Assembly: GCA_965217185.1 (NCBI GenBank)
Contig: OZ244252.1
Span: 1,760,001-1,824,000 of the forward strand
DNA length: 64,000 nt
Source: an uncultured Candidatus Entotheonella sp.
GTDB taxonomy: Bacteria; Tectomicrobia; Entotheonellia; Entotheonellales; Entotheonellaceae
Reading direction: 5' to 3'
The notes beneath the pieces are model-generated. The model was not told where the DNA came from. It saw nothing but the letters and a program-made list of their open reading frames with translations, and did not search any database. This document shows, piece after piece, positions 27,691 to 37,057 of this stretch (its first letter is position 1; each line of letters opens with the position of its first letter). The position numbers and the translations under genes are program-made.

Positions 27691-29094
27691 TCAACAATAG
27701 CTGAACTGCTTCTCGAAGGCCGTCAACGCGTCGTCGATAATCCCCACCATGCGGTCAACCTCGGCCCGCGTAATACACAGCGGCGGCGACAGCATGATCA
27801 TGTGGGTGGCGCGGGTCAGCAGGCCCTTGTCGATCAGAAGCGAATTCAGGGCGTTGACTTCCTCGCCGTCGGCGGCAAACTTCTCCTTGGTCTCACGATT
27901 CTGCACCAGCTCCACCGCCGCGAGGAGGCCGATGCCCCGCACGTCGCCGATGGTCGGGTGGTGCGCCTGCAGCCCTTGCAACTGTTCCAGCAGGTACGCA
28001 CCCTGGCTGGCAGCGTTTTCCACCAGACCCTCGCGCTGGATGATGGCAATGTTCTCCAAAGCCGCCGCGCACGCCACCGCCTGGCCGCCGAACGTCAGCA
28101 GATGCGACAGCTTCTTGCCCGCCTCGGTGGTGAAGACTTCGGCCACCTTCGGCCGACAAATGGTCGCGGCGATCGGCGCGTAGCCGCTGCTGAGCCCCTT
28201 CGCCATGGTCATGATGTCGCCCACCAGATCCCAGTGCTCGGAGGCGAACATCTTGCCGGTGCGCCCGAAGCCGTTAATCACTTCGTCGACGATCAGCAAG
28301 ACGCCGTGCCGGTCGCAGATTTCACGCAGCCGCGGCAGGTATTCCGGCGGCGGCACCACGATGCCGCAGGACGCCGACACAGGCTCGGCGATTACCGCCG
28401 CCACGGTCTGCGCGCCCTCGTAGTTGATCAGCTGTTCGATCGCGTCCACGCAATACACGTCGCAGGCCGGATAGGTGTGACGGTAGTCGCAACGGTAACA
28501 ATACGGCGGCGCCACGTGCAGCGTGCCGCTCATGAACGGGCTGAAATACGGCTCCGACATCTGCCGGGTTCCGCTGACGCTCATGGCGCCGTAGGTGGCG
28601 CCGTGGTACGAGCCGCGCCGCCCGATGATCTTGAGCCGCTTCGGGTGTCCGGCAAGATATTGATACTGCTTGGCGATCTTCACCGCCGACTCGACCGCCT
28701 CGGAACCGCCGCTGCAGAAGAACACCGTTGACAAGTCGCCCGGCGTGATGTCGGCCAGCAATGTGGCCAGTCGAATGGCGGGAACGGTGGTCGTCTGCAT
28801 TGAGCTCCCATAGGCCAGGGTGCCCGCCTGCGCCGCCATCGCCGCGGCGATTTCCTTGCGGCCATGCCCGACGTTCACCAGCCACAGGCCCGCCAGCGCG
28901 TCGATGTATTCCTTGCCGTCGACGTCTTTGACCATACACCCCTGCCCTTCGACAAGAATTCGCTTGTCCGCCTCCCGGGCCAAGGCGCGCCACGACGAGC
29001 CGTGCATCCACACGTGCGCTTCCCCGGCCTCACGCAACACATCCGTGTCCGATCCGTCCGGCAGACTGGCAAAGGAGATGGGAATCGTGGCCAT
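27691..29094 (-). CDS. Class III PLP aminotransferase (omega-amino acid/BioA-like)
   Basis: GSEAVE, SYHG, DEVINGFGRTG and MAKGLSSGY motifs. Confidence 0.92.
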   Translation of the reverse strand: MATIPISFASLPDGSDTDVLREAGEAHVWMHGSSWRALAREADKRILVEGQGCMVKDVDGKEYIDALAGLWLVNVGHGRKEIAAAMAAQAGTLAYGSSMQTTTVPAIRLATLLADITPGDLSTVFFCSGGSEAVESAVKIAKQYQYLAGHPKRLKIIGRRGSYHGATYGAMSVSGTRQMSEPYFSPFMSGTLHVAPPYCYRCDYRHTYPACDVYCVDAIEQLINYEGAQTVAAVIAEPVSASCGIVVPPPEYLPRLREICDRHGVLLIVDEVINGFGRTGKMFASEHWDLVGDIMTMAKGLSSGYAPIAATICRPKVAEVFTTEAGKKLSHLLTFGGQAVACAAALENIAIIQREGLVENAASQGAYLLEQLQGLQAHHPTIGDVRGIGLLAAVELVQNRETKEKFAADGEEVNALNSLLIDKGLLTRATHMIMLSPPLCITRAEVDRMVGIIDDALTAFEKQFSYC

Positions 29095-29426
29095 GTTTTC
29101 GACTCCTCTATGGCGTTTGAGCAAGATGGAATGGTTTGACCGCGCAGCAGGCGCAAGACAATAACAAAGTTCCCGCTGAAAATACACTTGGCCTGGGTAC
29201 CATTTCATGCAGGGTCCAGCATCGGTCTTTCCCAGTTCTGTCGGACCCGGTGACGACGTCTCCCGAAAGAGCGGTTGGCTGCGTCACGTGTTTGGGATGA
29301 CTGGGTACCTCGATGACGGGGAGGGATCAAAATGGCGATAAACCCAGAACAACTGGAAGTACTGGAAGTTGGTGGCGAAAGCGGGAACGGATGCGCCGGC
29401 GACCTTGTTTGTGAAGCCCGGTCTGT

Positions 29427-29552
29427 GGTCGGAACTATCCACGTCACCGCGCTGCTCGCCCAGCTTTGCATCCGCCACGATCTGGCCATGTTGTCAACCA
29501 ACCGCGATTTCAGCCGCATCGCAGATTGGATGCCGCTTCAACTCTGGCGCGC
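29427..29552 (+). pseudogene. Remnant C-terminus of a PIN-domain (VapC-like) toxin
   Basis: VGTIHVTALLAQLCIRHDLAMLSTNRDFSRIA..PLQLW resembles the VapC C-terminus (GTIDALLAQLCIRHDL.LLT.DRDF..IA). Key Asp positions are altered and the N-terminal part is absent. Confidence 0.55.
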
Positions 29553-29628
29553 CTCAGGACCTTCAACACCAGCGAAAAGTAACAGCCCCAGACAAGCGCC
29601 TTTGCGGGTTCGTGTGACAGGACTCAAC

Positions 29629-30478
29629 TCAATACACATAACTCAACACCAAATAGCCTTGGCTGTCTCTGATAAAGACCGTATCCCCGTTGTTGTTCCA
29701 AATCGGCCTTCGACTTCCCCAGAACAGTTCGCGCTCGGTGGGCACGCCCAAGCCTGTCCGTAGCGTCACCCTCGCCTTGGGCGCCAGTGTGAAGTTTGAA
29801 AAGAGATACCGGCGGTTGGCGGCGTCTGAGACCGTCCACCCGTTGAGATCTATGGACTGTTGGCTCTGATTTTCGACCACAATGAATTCATCATTCAGGT
29901 TCCGTCTGTCATCTCCCCTAGCATTCGCATGGACGAATGCTAGGGCAATGGAATGCCCGGCCGCAGCAGGTGCCCAGATTCCCATCCCTGCTGCTCGAGC
30001 TTCGTCCTGAGCCCGTTGTAAGCGCGCTCGATATCTCTTTGCCACAGGATGCCTGAGATGAACGAAACCCTGGCGGAGCAGGGTTTCGTTCATCTCAGGC
30101 ATCGTCTACGAAAACATAAGCCGGCAGCCGATCATATTTGTCCTGGCGAGAACGGCCGAATTCAAGGCGGACGGTTTTACCTTCGACCAGACGGCGGTTG
30201 GCAAGCGTCGCTTCTTCGGCGTGAGGGTCCCCTTCCTCCGGCGCATTGATGCCGAGGTAACGGACATAACGGCCATCTTCCAAGCGACAGGTGTCCCCAT
30301 CAATAACCTGGAGGACAGCGATAGGCTCCGTCTCGGGAGCCTTTTCCGTGACGCGATGTATGCCGGTGTCATTTGGTGAGACAGGAACCGTCTCTGTCTC
30401 GATGGCTCCCTGGAATGAGCAACCCCCCAGCACTATGATCAGGACAACCGCAAACCGGGCCACCCCCGTTTTTCCCAT
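29629..30478 (-). pseudogene. Lipoprotein thermonuclease (SNase) plus lamin-tail domain, frameshifted at about 30095-30103
   Basis: 5' part has a lipobox LGGC, VIDGDT, VRYLGINAPE and DKYDRL.AYV, then TGA. The 3' part is in another frame: NETLLRQGF...AQDEARAAGMGIW plus an LTD (LNDEF, DLNGWTV, IWNNNGD). Confidence 0.82.
30048..30103. repeat. Perfect 25-bp inverted repeat with 6-nt spacer
   Basis: GATGCCTGAGATGAACGAAACCCTG-GCGGAG-CAGGGTTTCGTTCATCTCAGGCATC. Confidence 0.97.
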
Positions 30479-30605
30479 CCCATCTTCCTCCCATCTTCCT
30501 CTTCAGGTCGTTTTCTACAATTCGGCGAGATCAAACGATATCTGTCGGTCCCGCGGCCAGGCCGGGCGGTATCTCACGACCGTAATGGCTTGTGATTGGG
30601 CAGAC

Positions 30606-30869
30606 TCACGCCCCGCCGCTAATGGGCGGAACGAAGTGGACTTCGCTGTCGGGGTGAACGCGCTCGATCAGATCGACGGCAAATTCTCCGTCCACGGCGA
30701 CGGCGATGTCGGGGCGCAGGTCACCGTCCTGGAGGAGGCGGTCCTTGAAGCCGGGAAACCGCTCCTCCAGGGCGTTGATAAGGGCGCGCACCGTATTGCC
30801 GGCGATTTGCATCTGGGTCGCCCCATCGGTGAGGCTTTGCAGCATTGCCGGGATGAATACGGTGGCCAT
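30606..30869 (-). CDS. MoaD/ThiS/CysO-family sulfur carrier ending in GGA
   Basis: Beta-grasp-type sequence ending EVHFVPPISGGA; directly downstream of the Mo-enzyme gene. Confidence 0.88.
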   Translation of the reverse strand: MATVFIPAMLQSLTDGATQMQIAGNTVRALINALEERFPGFKDRLLQDGDLRPDIAVAVDGEFAVDLIERVHPDSEVHFVPPISGGA

Positions 30870-30874
30870 GGGGA

Positions 30875-33166
30875 TTACTCCTGTTCCAGCTGACTCAGGA
30901 TGTAAGTGGGAGACATCGGAAGGTTCTTCATGCGCTTGCCGGTAGCGCGGTAAATGGCATTGGCAATCGCCGCCGGCGGCGGCACGATGGGCACCTCGCC
31001 GACGCCGCGCACGCCGTAGGGATGGCCGGGATTCGGCACCTCCACGAGCACCGTGTCGATCATCGGCAAGTCCAGCGTGGTCGGCATGCGGTAATCCAGA
31101 AAGCTGGCGTTTACCATGTTGCCGTCCTTGTTGTACACGAACTCCTCGTTCAGCGCCCAGCCAATGCCCTGCACGGCGCCGCCCTGGATCTGGCCCTCGA
31201 CGTAGCTGGGATGGATAGCCGTGCCGACGTCCTGGGTGGCGGTGTAACGCAGGATGCTCACTTTGCCGGTATCCGGGTCCACTTCCACGTCGACCACGTG
31301 GGTGGCAAAGGCGCCGCCGACACCGCGCGGCTGCGAGGTGGCGCGACCGGTGATCGGCCCACCGGTGCGCGGCATCATGTCGGCCATTTCCTTGAAGGTC
31401 ATGGTCTTGCTGGGGTCTTTGGCGCAGCGCAACACCCCGTCGTTGTAGGAAACATCGTCAGCGGTAAGCTGCGCGGCCGAGTCACCCTCCTCCGATTCCC
31501 GGTTCCAGCGCTCGGCGGCGCGCTCGCGCATCTGGCGCATAACGTCCTGAGAGGCCTCGTAGGCGGCGTAGCCGGTGGCAAACGTGGTGCGGCTGCCGCC
31601 GGTAACGTCCGTATAGCCCACGCCGTCCGTACCGGCGACCAAAGGCCGCACGTCTTCGTACGGAATGCCCAGCGTTTCGGCCGCCTGCATGGCAATAGAA
31701 GCGCGCGTGCCGCCGATGTCGGTGGAGCCCTCAACCAGCGACACGGTGCCGTCCGAATTCACGTTGATCACCACGGAGGACTGGAAACCGACGTTGAACC
31801 AGAAGCCGGACGCCACGCCGCGCCCACGGTTCGGGCCGGTGAGGGGGGATTGGTAATGCTCGTGCTCCAACGCCGCATGCACCGTTTCCACATAGCCGAT
31901 GCGCGGAAAGGTTGGCCCGTGCACCTGACGATCGCCCTCCTTGACGCCGTTGAGTCGGCGGATTTCCAGGGGGTCCATGCTCAATTGCTCGGCGATCTCG
32001 TCGATAATGGTCTCCGACGCAAAGGCCGCGTTGGTGGCGCCCGGCGCACGATAGGCCGCGGTCTTGGGCTTGTTCACCACCACGTCATAGCCGTCCACCG
32101 TCATGTTCGGAATGGCGTACGGCGAGAAGATGCACATGGCGCCGGCGGTGACCGGCGAGCCCGGAAACGCGCCCGCCTCGTACATCAGGGCGGCTTCGGC
32201 GGCCACGATGCGACCGTCGTTGGTGGCGCCCATTTTCACCTTGATATGCGACGCCGGGGTGGGTCCTGTGCCCTCGAATTCCTCGACGCGACTCATGACG
32301 ATCTTCACCGGGCGGCCCGTCTCGCGCGACAGAATGGCAGCAACCGGCTCGAGGTAGACGGAAATCTTGCCGCCAAAGCCACCGCCGATTTCGCACGGCG
32401 TCACGGACACCTGCGACACCGAAATGCCCAGCACCTCGGCCACCTGACGCTGCACCACGAAGGCGCCCTGGGTGCTCGTCCAAACGGACAGGTGCCCCTC
32501 TTCGTTCCACATGGCCGTGGCGTTGTGCGGCTCGATGTAGCCCTGGTGTACGGTGGCGGTGTCGAATTCGCGCTCGATCACCACGTCGGCTTCCTCGAAG
32601 CCCTTGTCCGGCTCGCCCAGCTTGAACTGAAAATGGTTGACGACGTTGCTGACCTTGTCCGTCTGCTGGCCCAGATCCGTGGACTTCAGGTCCTCGTGCA
32701 GGATCGGCGCGTCGTCCTTCATAGCGTCCAGCACGTCGAGGGCCGCCGGCAGCACCTCGTAGTCCACCTCGATCAACTTCAGGGCCTCTTCGGCGATATG
32801 GACGTTGATGGCAGCCACTGCAGCCACGGCATGCCCGCGGTACAGCACCTTGTCGTACGCCAGCGCGTTGTTGCTCAGATGCTTCACGTTCACCGACATC
32901 TCGCCAAGGTTGGCCATACGGTCCTCGGCCTTCGGCATGTCGTGCGCCGTCACCACCGCACGCACGCCCGGCAGAGCCTTGGCCTTGCTAGTATCAATCG
33001 ACTTGATGCGGGCGTGCGCGTGAGGGCTGCGCAGCATCTTGCCGTGCAACATGCCGGTCAGCCGCATGTCCGCGCCGTAAATCGCCCGGCCGGTTACCTT
33101 GTCGGCGCCGTCGGGCCGCACCGGACGAGTTCCGATGACCTTATATGCTGCCGTTGCTTCTGCCAT
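30875..33166 (-). CDS. Xanthine dehydrogenase family molybdopterin-binding large subunit
   Basis: KVTGRAIY, RSPHAHARI, GGGFGGK, AYRAPG, EGQIQGG and GVGE motifs. Confidence 0.93.
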   Translation of the reverse strand: MAEATAAYKVIGTRPVRPDGADKVTGRAIYGADMRLTGMLHGKMLRSPHAHARIKSIDTSKAKALPGVRAVVTAHDMPKAEDRMANLGEMSVNVKHLSNNALAYDKVLYRGHAVAAVAAINVHIAEEALKLIEVDYEVLPAALDVLDAMKDDAPILHEDLKSTDLGQQTDKVSNVVNHFQFKLGEPDKGFEEADVVIEREFDTATVHQGYIEPHNATAMWNEEGHLSVWTSTQGAFVVQRQVAEVLGISVSQVSVTPCEIGGGFGGKISVYLEPVAAILSRETGRPVKIVMSRVEEFEGTGPTPASHIKVKMGATNDGRIVAAEAALMYEAGAFPGSPVTAGAMCIFSPYAIPNMTVDGYDVVVNKPKTAAYRAPGATNAAFASETIIDEIAEQLSMDPLEIRRLNGVKEGDRQVHGPTFPRIGYVETVHAALEHEHYQSPLTGPNRGRGVASGFWFNVGFQSSVVINVNSDGTVSLVEGSTDIGGTRASIAMQAAETLGIPYEDVRPLVAGTDGVGYTDVTGGSRTTFATGYAAYEASQDVMRQMRERAAERWNRESEEGDSAAQLTADDVSYNDGVLRCAKDPSKTMTFKEMADMMPRTGGPITGRATSQPRGVGGAFATHVVDVEVDPDTGKVSILRYTATQDVGTAIHPSYVEGQIQGGAVQGIGWALNEEFVYNKDGNMVNASFLDYRMPTTLDLPMIDTVLVEVPNPGHPYGVRGVGEVPIVPPPAAIANAIYRATGKRMKNLPMSPTYILSQLEQE

Positions 33167-33216
33167 AGTGGATACACCTCCATGTGGTTATGTAACGTGC
33201 GAAAACGCCCGGGTGG

Positions 33217-34314
33217 TCATGCGCGCGCCAGTTCTCCGAAGCGCGTGAAGAGAAAGTGGTCGTGGTAATAATGAACCAATAGAAAGGACAGGACAACAAT
33301 GTAATAACTCTGCTCGAACGGCAGATGCCAGAAAGTGACAATCACGCCGATGAGCACCAACGCTCCCACCGTCAAGACGACGTTAACGCCGTAAAACGCC
33401 CCGAAACGTCCCTTGGCGGCGATGGCCTGCAGCGGGCCCGGTCCGATCTCGCCGCGTTGCTGACGCAAGGTGGTGATGTACCACGTCAGCGCCAGGTATT
33501 GGAAGGAATGCCAAGTGTTAAACCCCTGGAAGGCGATTTCCAGGCGGTCGCCCCTGTAACTGGTGATCAAGATGGACAGGCCGACGGTCACCGCCACAAG
33601 GAGGAACTTGGGGTAGTGCACCCGCCCCTGCCGGATTTCGATCACCGTTTTGACCACAAAAGCCGTCAAGGCCACGACGAAGAATGCCGACACGGCATAG
33701 AACACGAGCGGCGTCTTGAGCATCTCGGGATACAGCAACAGCGTGCTGCCGATGGTGAACTCGTCATGAATGAAGCGGTAGGAGGCGAGCGGGTACAGGC
33801 TGCTGAAGACGACCGCGTAATCAATGAACCGCGACCACTTTTGCAGCCCGGCCGGCTGTCTGCGGTCGTAGCATTCCAGGATGTAGGCAATCTGGTGCAG
33901 CACGTGCACCGACGCCCAAAAAAAGAACAGGGTGATCAGCAACTGGAAATGCCACAGCGCGCAAGCCACCACCAGCACGGGGATGATCAGGGACGAACCG
34001 ATCAACCAGGGATGGCGTTGCCGGAAGGACTCGTCGAGAGCCGTGCGAAAGAACGTCGCATACATGTGCGGACCGCCGACAATGCCCGCGACGAACAGGT
34101 TCACAAAGGTGGCCGAGGTGCCGATGAGTTCGTACAGAATCAGCGGGATGACTACCAGCACGCCGCTGCCGGTGAGATAGGCGAGGTCCCAACCCTTGCT
34201 GTGTAGCCAAAGGCTCCGGTTCCAGGAAGCCGCAGGCATTGTCCCGCCCATCGCCGCACTCGGGATGCTCATGCCGGCTAGACTCCTCTGCAAGCTGGTG
34301 TCTTCACGATCCAA
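33217..34314 (-). CDS. Multi-pass membrane protein with His-containing motifs, function unknown
   Basis: About 9-10 TM segments; GPHMYATF, VHVLHQ, WHSFQY and VHYYHDH. Start could be 34272 or 34239. Confidence 0.75.
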   Translation of the reverse strand: MDREDTSLQRSLAGMSIPSAAMGGTMPAASWNRSLWLHSKGWDLAYLTGSGVLVVIPLILYELIGTSATFVNLFVAGIVGGPHMYATFFRTALDESFRQRHPWLIGSSLIIPVLVVACALWHFQLLITLFFFWASVHVLHQIAYILECYDRRQPAGLQKWSRFIDYAVVFSSLYPLASYRFIHDEFTIGSTLLLYPEMLKTPLVFYAVSAFFVVALTAFVVKTVIEIRQGRVHYPKFLLVAVTVGLSILITSYRGDRLEIAFQGFNTWHSFQYLALTWYITTLRQQRGEIGPGPLQAIAAKGRFGAFYGVNVVLTVGALVLIGVIVTFWHLPFEQSYYIVVLSFLLVHYYHDHFLFTRFGELARA

Positions 34315-34569
34315 CGTAAGCCGTGAAGTCCATCACGACGATTGACGGCGTCGCCCAGATATCAAGGTAGAAATAAACAGAAATTTTGGGGCAGCAGTTT
34401 GGCAAATCCGCCCGGAAAGCACAAGGCACTGCAATGATCTGTCGAAAATTTGGCCGGACATTGGCCGGATATAATTATCGGAAATTTAACTAGGGAAGTA
34501 TCTGGAAATGCTGTATAGTCGGCAAGTTTACATATTTCAGAATACTACCCTTGCAGGGGAGTTCCCTTC

Positions 34570-36609
34570 ATGAGTTTGCTTTCCATTGATCCCCCGGCCG
34601 ATCAAATCCAGCACGACATCGAGACTCGAACGGGGGATATTCGAGGCTTGCACGTCGTGCTACTGAAGCCTTCCAAGTATGACGACGATGGCTACGTGCT
34701 GCGCCATTGGCGCGGCGTTCTGCCCAGCAACACGATGGCGTGCCTGTATGGCCTCACCGAGGATGTCAAGCGCCGCCAAGCGCTACGAAAAGACCTGGAC
34801 ATCAGCATAGAACTCCTGGACGAGGCCGTTCAAAAAATCAACGTCGCCAAAATCGTGCGCCAGAGCAAGCGCAGCGGCTGGAAAACGGTCATCTGCCTCG
34901 CCGGCGTGCAGACCAATCAGTACCCCCGGGCGATCGATCTGGCGCGCGAATTCCGCGCCGCCGGCCTGACGGTTATCATCGGCGGCTTTCACGTCAGCGG
35001 CACCCTGGCCTTGTTTCACAGCCCGACGCCCGACATCCAGGAAATCCTGGACCTCGGCGTCACCGTCGTCAGCGGCGAAGTAGAAGAGCATTGGGAAAAC
35101 CTGCTGCGAGACGTGCTGCTCGATCAATTAAAGCCGATCTACAACTACCTGGATCCCACACCCGACCTGGACGCCCCGCCGATTCCCATGATCAACAAGA
35201 AGTACCTTAAACGCTTCGCCTACAAGCAGTTCGGCACCATCGACTGCGGCCGCGGCTGCCCCTTCAGTTGCAGCTTCTGCTCGATCATCAATGTCCAGGG
35301 TCGCAAGATGCGCATGCGCAACCCGGAGTCGATTGCCCAGGCCATCAAGGAGAACTACGAGCAGTCGCAGATTTCCTTTTACTTCTTCACCGACGACAAC
35401 TTCGCGCGCAACAAGAAGTGGCGCGAGATTTTCGAGGCCATCATCCGGCTGCGGGAGACGGACGGCATTACCATCGAGTTCATCATGCAGGTGGACGTGT
35501 TGTCCTACAAAATCAAGGATTTCGTGTCCCTGGCACGGCAAGCCGGCTGCACGCAGGTGTTCATCGGCATGGAAAGCATCAACGATGACAACTTGGAGGC
35601 GGCGGACAAAGGCCAGAACGACTCCTCCGACTACTGCAACCTGATCGACGCCTGGCATGCCGCCGAGATCTCCACCCACGTCGGGTTTATCATCGGCTTC
35701 CCGTTCGACACCTACGAATCGATAGCAAAGGACGTCAAGCGCCTGCAGGAGGAAATCCAGGTCGACCAGGCGTCGTTCTTCATGCTCACCCCCATCCCCG
35801 GCTCGATGGATCACCTGAACGCCGTGAAAGAGGGGGTGCCCATTGATGCGGACCTCAACCTTTACGATTCGTTCCACCCCACCATGGACCACCCGAACAT
35901 GACGCGCGACGAGTGGTCCCAAGCGTACCGCGACGCTTGGCAGTCGTTTTACAGCTTCGAGAACATGAAGGCCATCCTGACACGCGCCACGCCGCGCACG
36001 TACTGGGGTGCCTTCAAAAACATCGTGTGGTACAAAAACGGCGCCATTCTGGAAGGCAACCACCCCATGATGACCGGCTTTTTCCGGCTCAAGGGCCGCA
36101 CGGCACGGCGGCCGGGCATGGCCATCGACAGCCGCTTGCAGTACTGGCGCTGGCGCGTTCCCGAGGTGCTGGGCTATCTGAAGGCCACTGTGCATTTCTT
36201 GCTGGAGTTGGAGGAGTTGTGGCTGCAGACCCGCAAGTGTAGCGAGCGCGAGCAGCGCCTGCTGGACGCTCTGGCGCAAATTCGGGGCGAGGTACTCAGC
36301 AACGTGCGCATCGCCGACCTGCAGCGCGCCTATGCGCACGCAAAGCTGCAGGTGCCGTCGCGGCTGCGGCTCGTCCTTAGTGAATACAACATCCTGTCGA
36401 TCCACCGCATCACGACCCGCGAGGAACTGCGGCAGTTCTGGCAGCACACCAAGGAGCAACTTCGCAGCGGGCGGCTCACCAGAATTCGCCTGCACACGAT
36501 GGTGCGCAACGTGTGGCGCGAGTTGAAGCTGCACACCAGCTTTGCGATCAGCTTTTCTTTCAACCTGATGCCGTCGCGACCGCCGCAAAACAGGATGGCA
36601 GTGGAATAG
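34570..36609 (+). CDS. B12-binding-domain radical SAM protein
   Basis: N-terminal cobalamin-type domain (IIGGFHVSG), CPFSCSFC cluster motif, FFTDDNF, FIGMES and TPIPGS; long C-terminal extension. Confidence 0.9.
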   Translation: MSLLSIDPPADQIQHDIETRTGDIRGLHVVLLKPSKYDDDGYVLRHWRGVLPSNTMACLYGLTEDVKRRQALRKDLDISIELLDEAVQKINVAKIVRQSKRSGWKTVICLAGVQTNQYPRAIDLAREFRAAGLTVIIGGFHVSGTLALFHSPTPDIQEILDLGVTVVSGEVEEHWENLLRDVLLDQLKPIYNYLDPTPDLDAPPIPMINKKYLKRFAYKQFGTIDCGRGCPFSCSFCSIINVQGRKMRMRNPESIAQAIKENYEQSQISFYFFTDDNFARNKKWREIFEAIIRLRETDGITIEFIMQVDVLSYKIKDFVSLARQAGCTQVFIGMESINDDNLEAADKGQNDSSDYCNLIDAWHAAEISTHVGFIIGFPFDTYESIAKDVKRLQEEIQVDQASFFMLTPIPGSMDHLNAVKEGVPIDADLNLYDSFHPTMDHPNMTRDEWSQAYRDAWQSFYSFENMKAILTRATPRTYWGAFKNIVWYKNGAILEGNHPMMTGFFRLKGRTARRPGMAIDSRLQYWRWRVPEVLGYLKATVHFLLELEELWLQTRKCSEREQRLLDALAQIRGEVLSNVRIADLQRAYAHAKLQVPSRLRLVLSEYNILSIHRITTREELRQFWQHTKEQLRSGRLTRIRLHTMVRNVWRELKLHTSFAISFSFNLMPSRPPQNRMAVE

Positions 36610-36615
36610 GGACGC

Positions 36616-36646
36616 CGCCCCGCGAACATGTTCGCGGGGCGTTTTT
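36616..36646 (+). terminator. Intrinsic terminator after the radical SAM gene
   Basis: CGCCCCGCGAACATGTTCGCGGGGCG palindrome followed by T5. Confidence 0.75.
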
Positions 36647-36663
36647 CATGGAGGACAGACACC

Positions 36664-37038
36664 GTGGCAGAGTTTCAGTTACATCACATTCATCACGAAG
36701 CCGCCGACGTCGACGCCGCGGTGACATTCTACGAAAAGAACTTTCAGGCCGTGCTGGAAGAGCGCACGGTCCGCAACGGCGAGCAATGGGCGCGGGTGCG
36801 GCTCGGCGGCACGCTGCTCAACATCAGCGACCGCGCCACCACGCAAGTCGGTCTGGGGCGCTATCAGGGCATCGATCACTTCGCGCTTCACACCAGCGAC
36901 TTTGCCGGTACGGTCGCCGCCTTGAAAGCCAATGGCATTCACTTCTTCACCGAACCCATGTCGCCCCGCCCAGGCGTCGAGATCGCCTTTATTTCCGGGC
37001 CCGACAACATCAAGATCGAGCTCATGCACCTCAGTTGA
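36664..37038 (+). CDS. VOC/glyoxalase family protein
   Basis: LHHIH, IDHFAL and GPDNIKIEL motifs; GGAGG RBS before GTG 36664. Confidence 0.88.
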   Translation: MAEFQLHHIHHEAADVDAAVTFYEKNFQAVLEERTVRNGEQWARVRLGGTLLNISDRATTQVGLGRYQGIDHFALHTSDFAGTVAALKANGIHFFTEPMSPRPGVEIAFISGPDNIKIELMHLS

Positions 37039-37057
37039 TTTCACGGGGAGCCGCGCG

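Noticed and set aside
30875..33166. Aerobic CO dehydrogenase CoxL
   Set aside because: The active-site loop is AYRAPG rather than AYxCSFR or AYxGAGR, and coxM/coxS are not adjacent.
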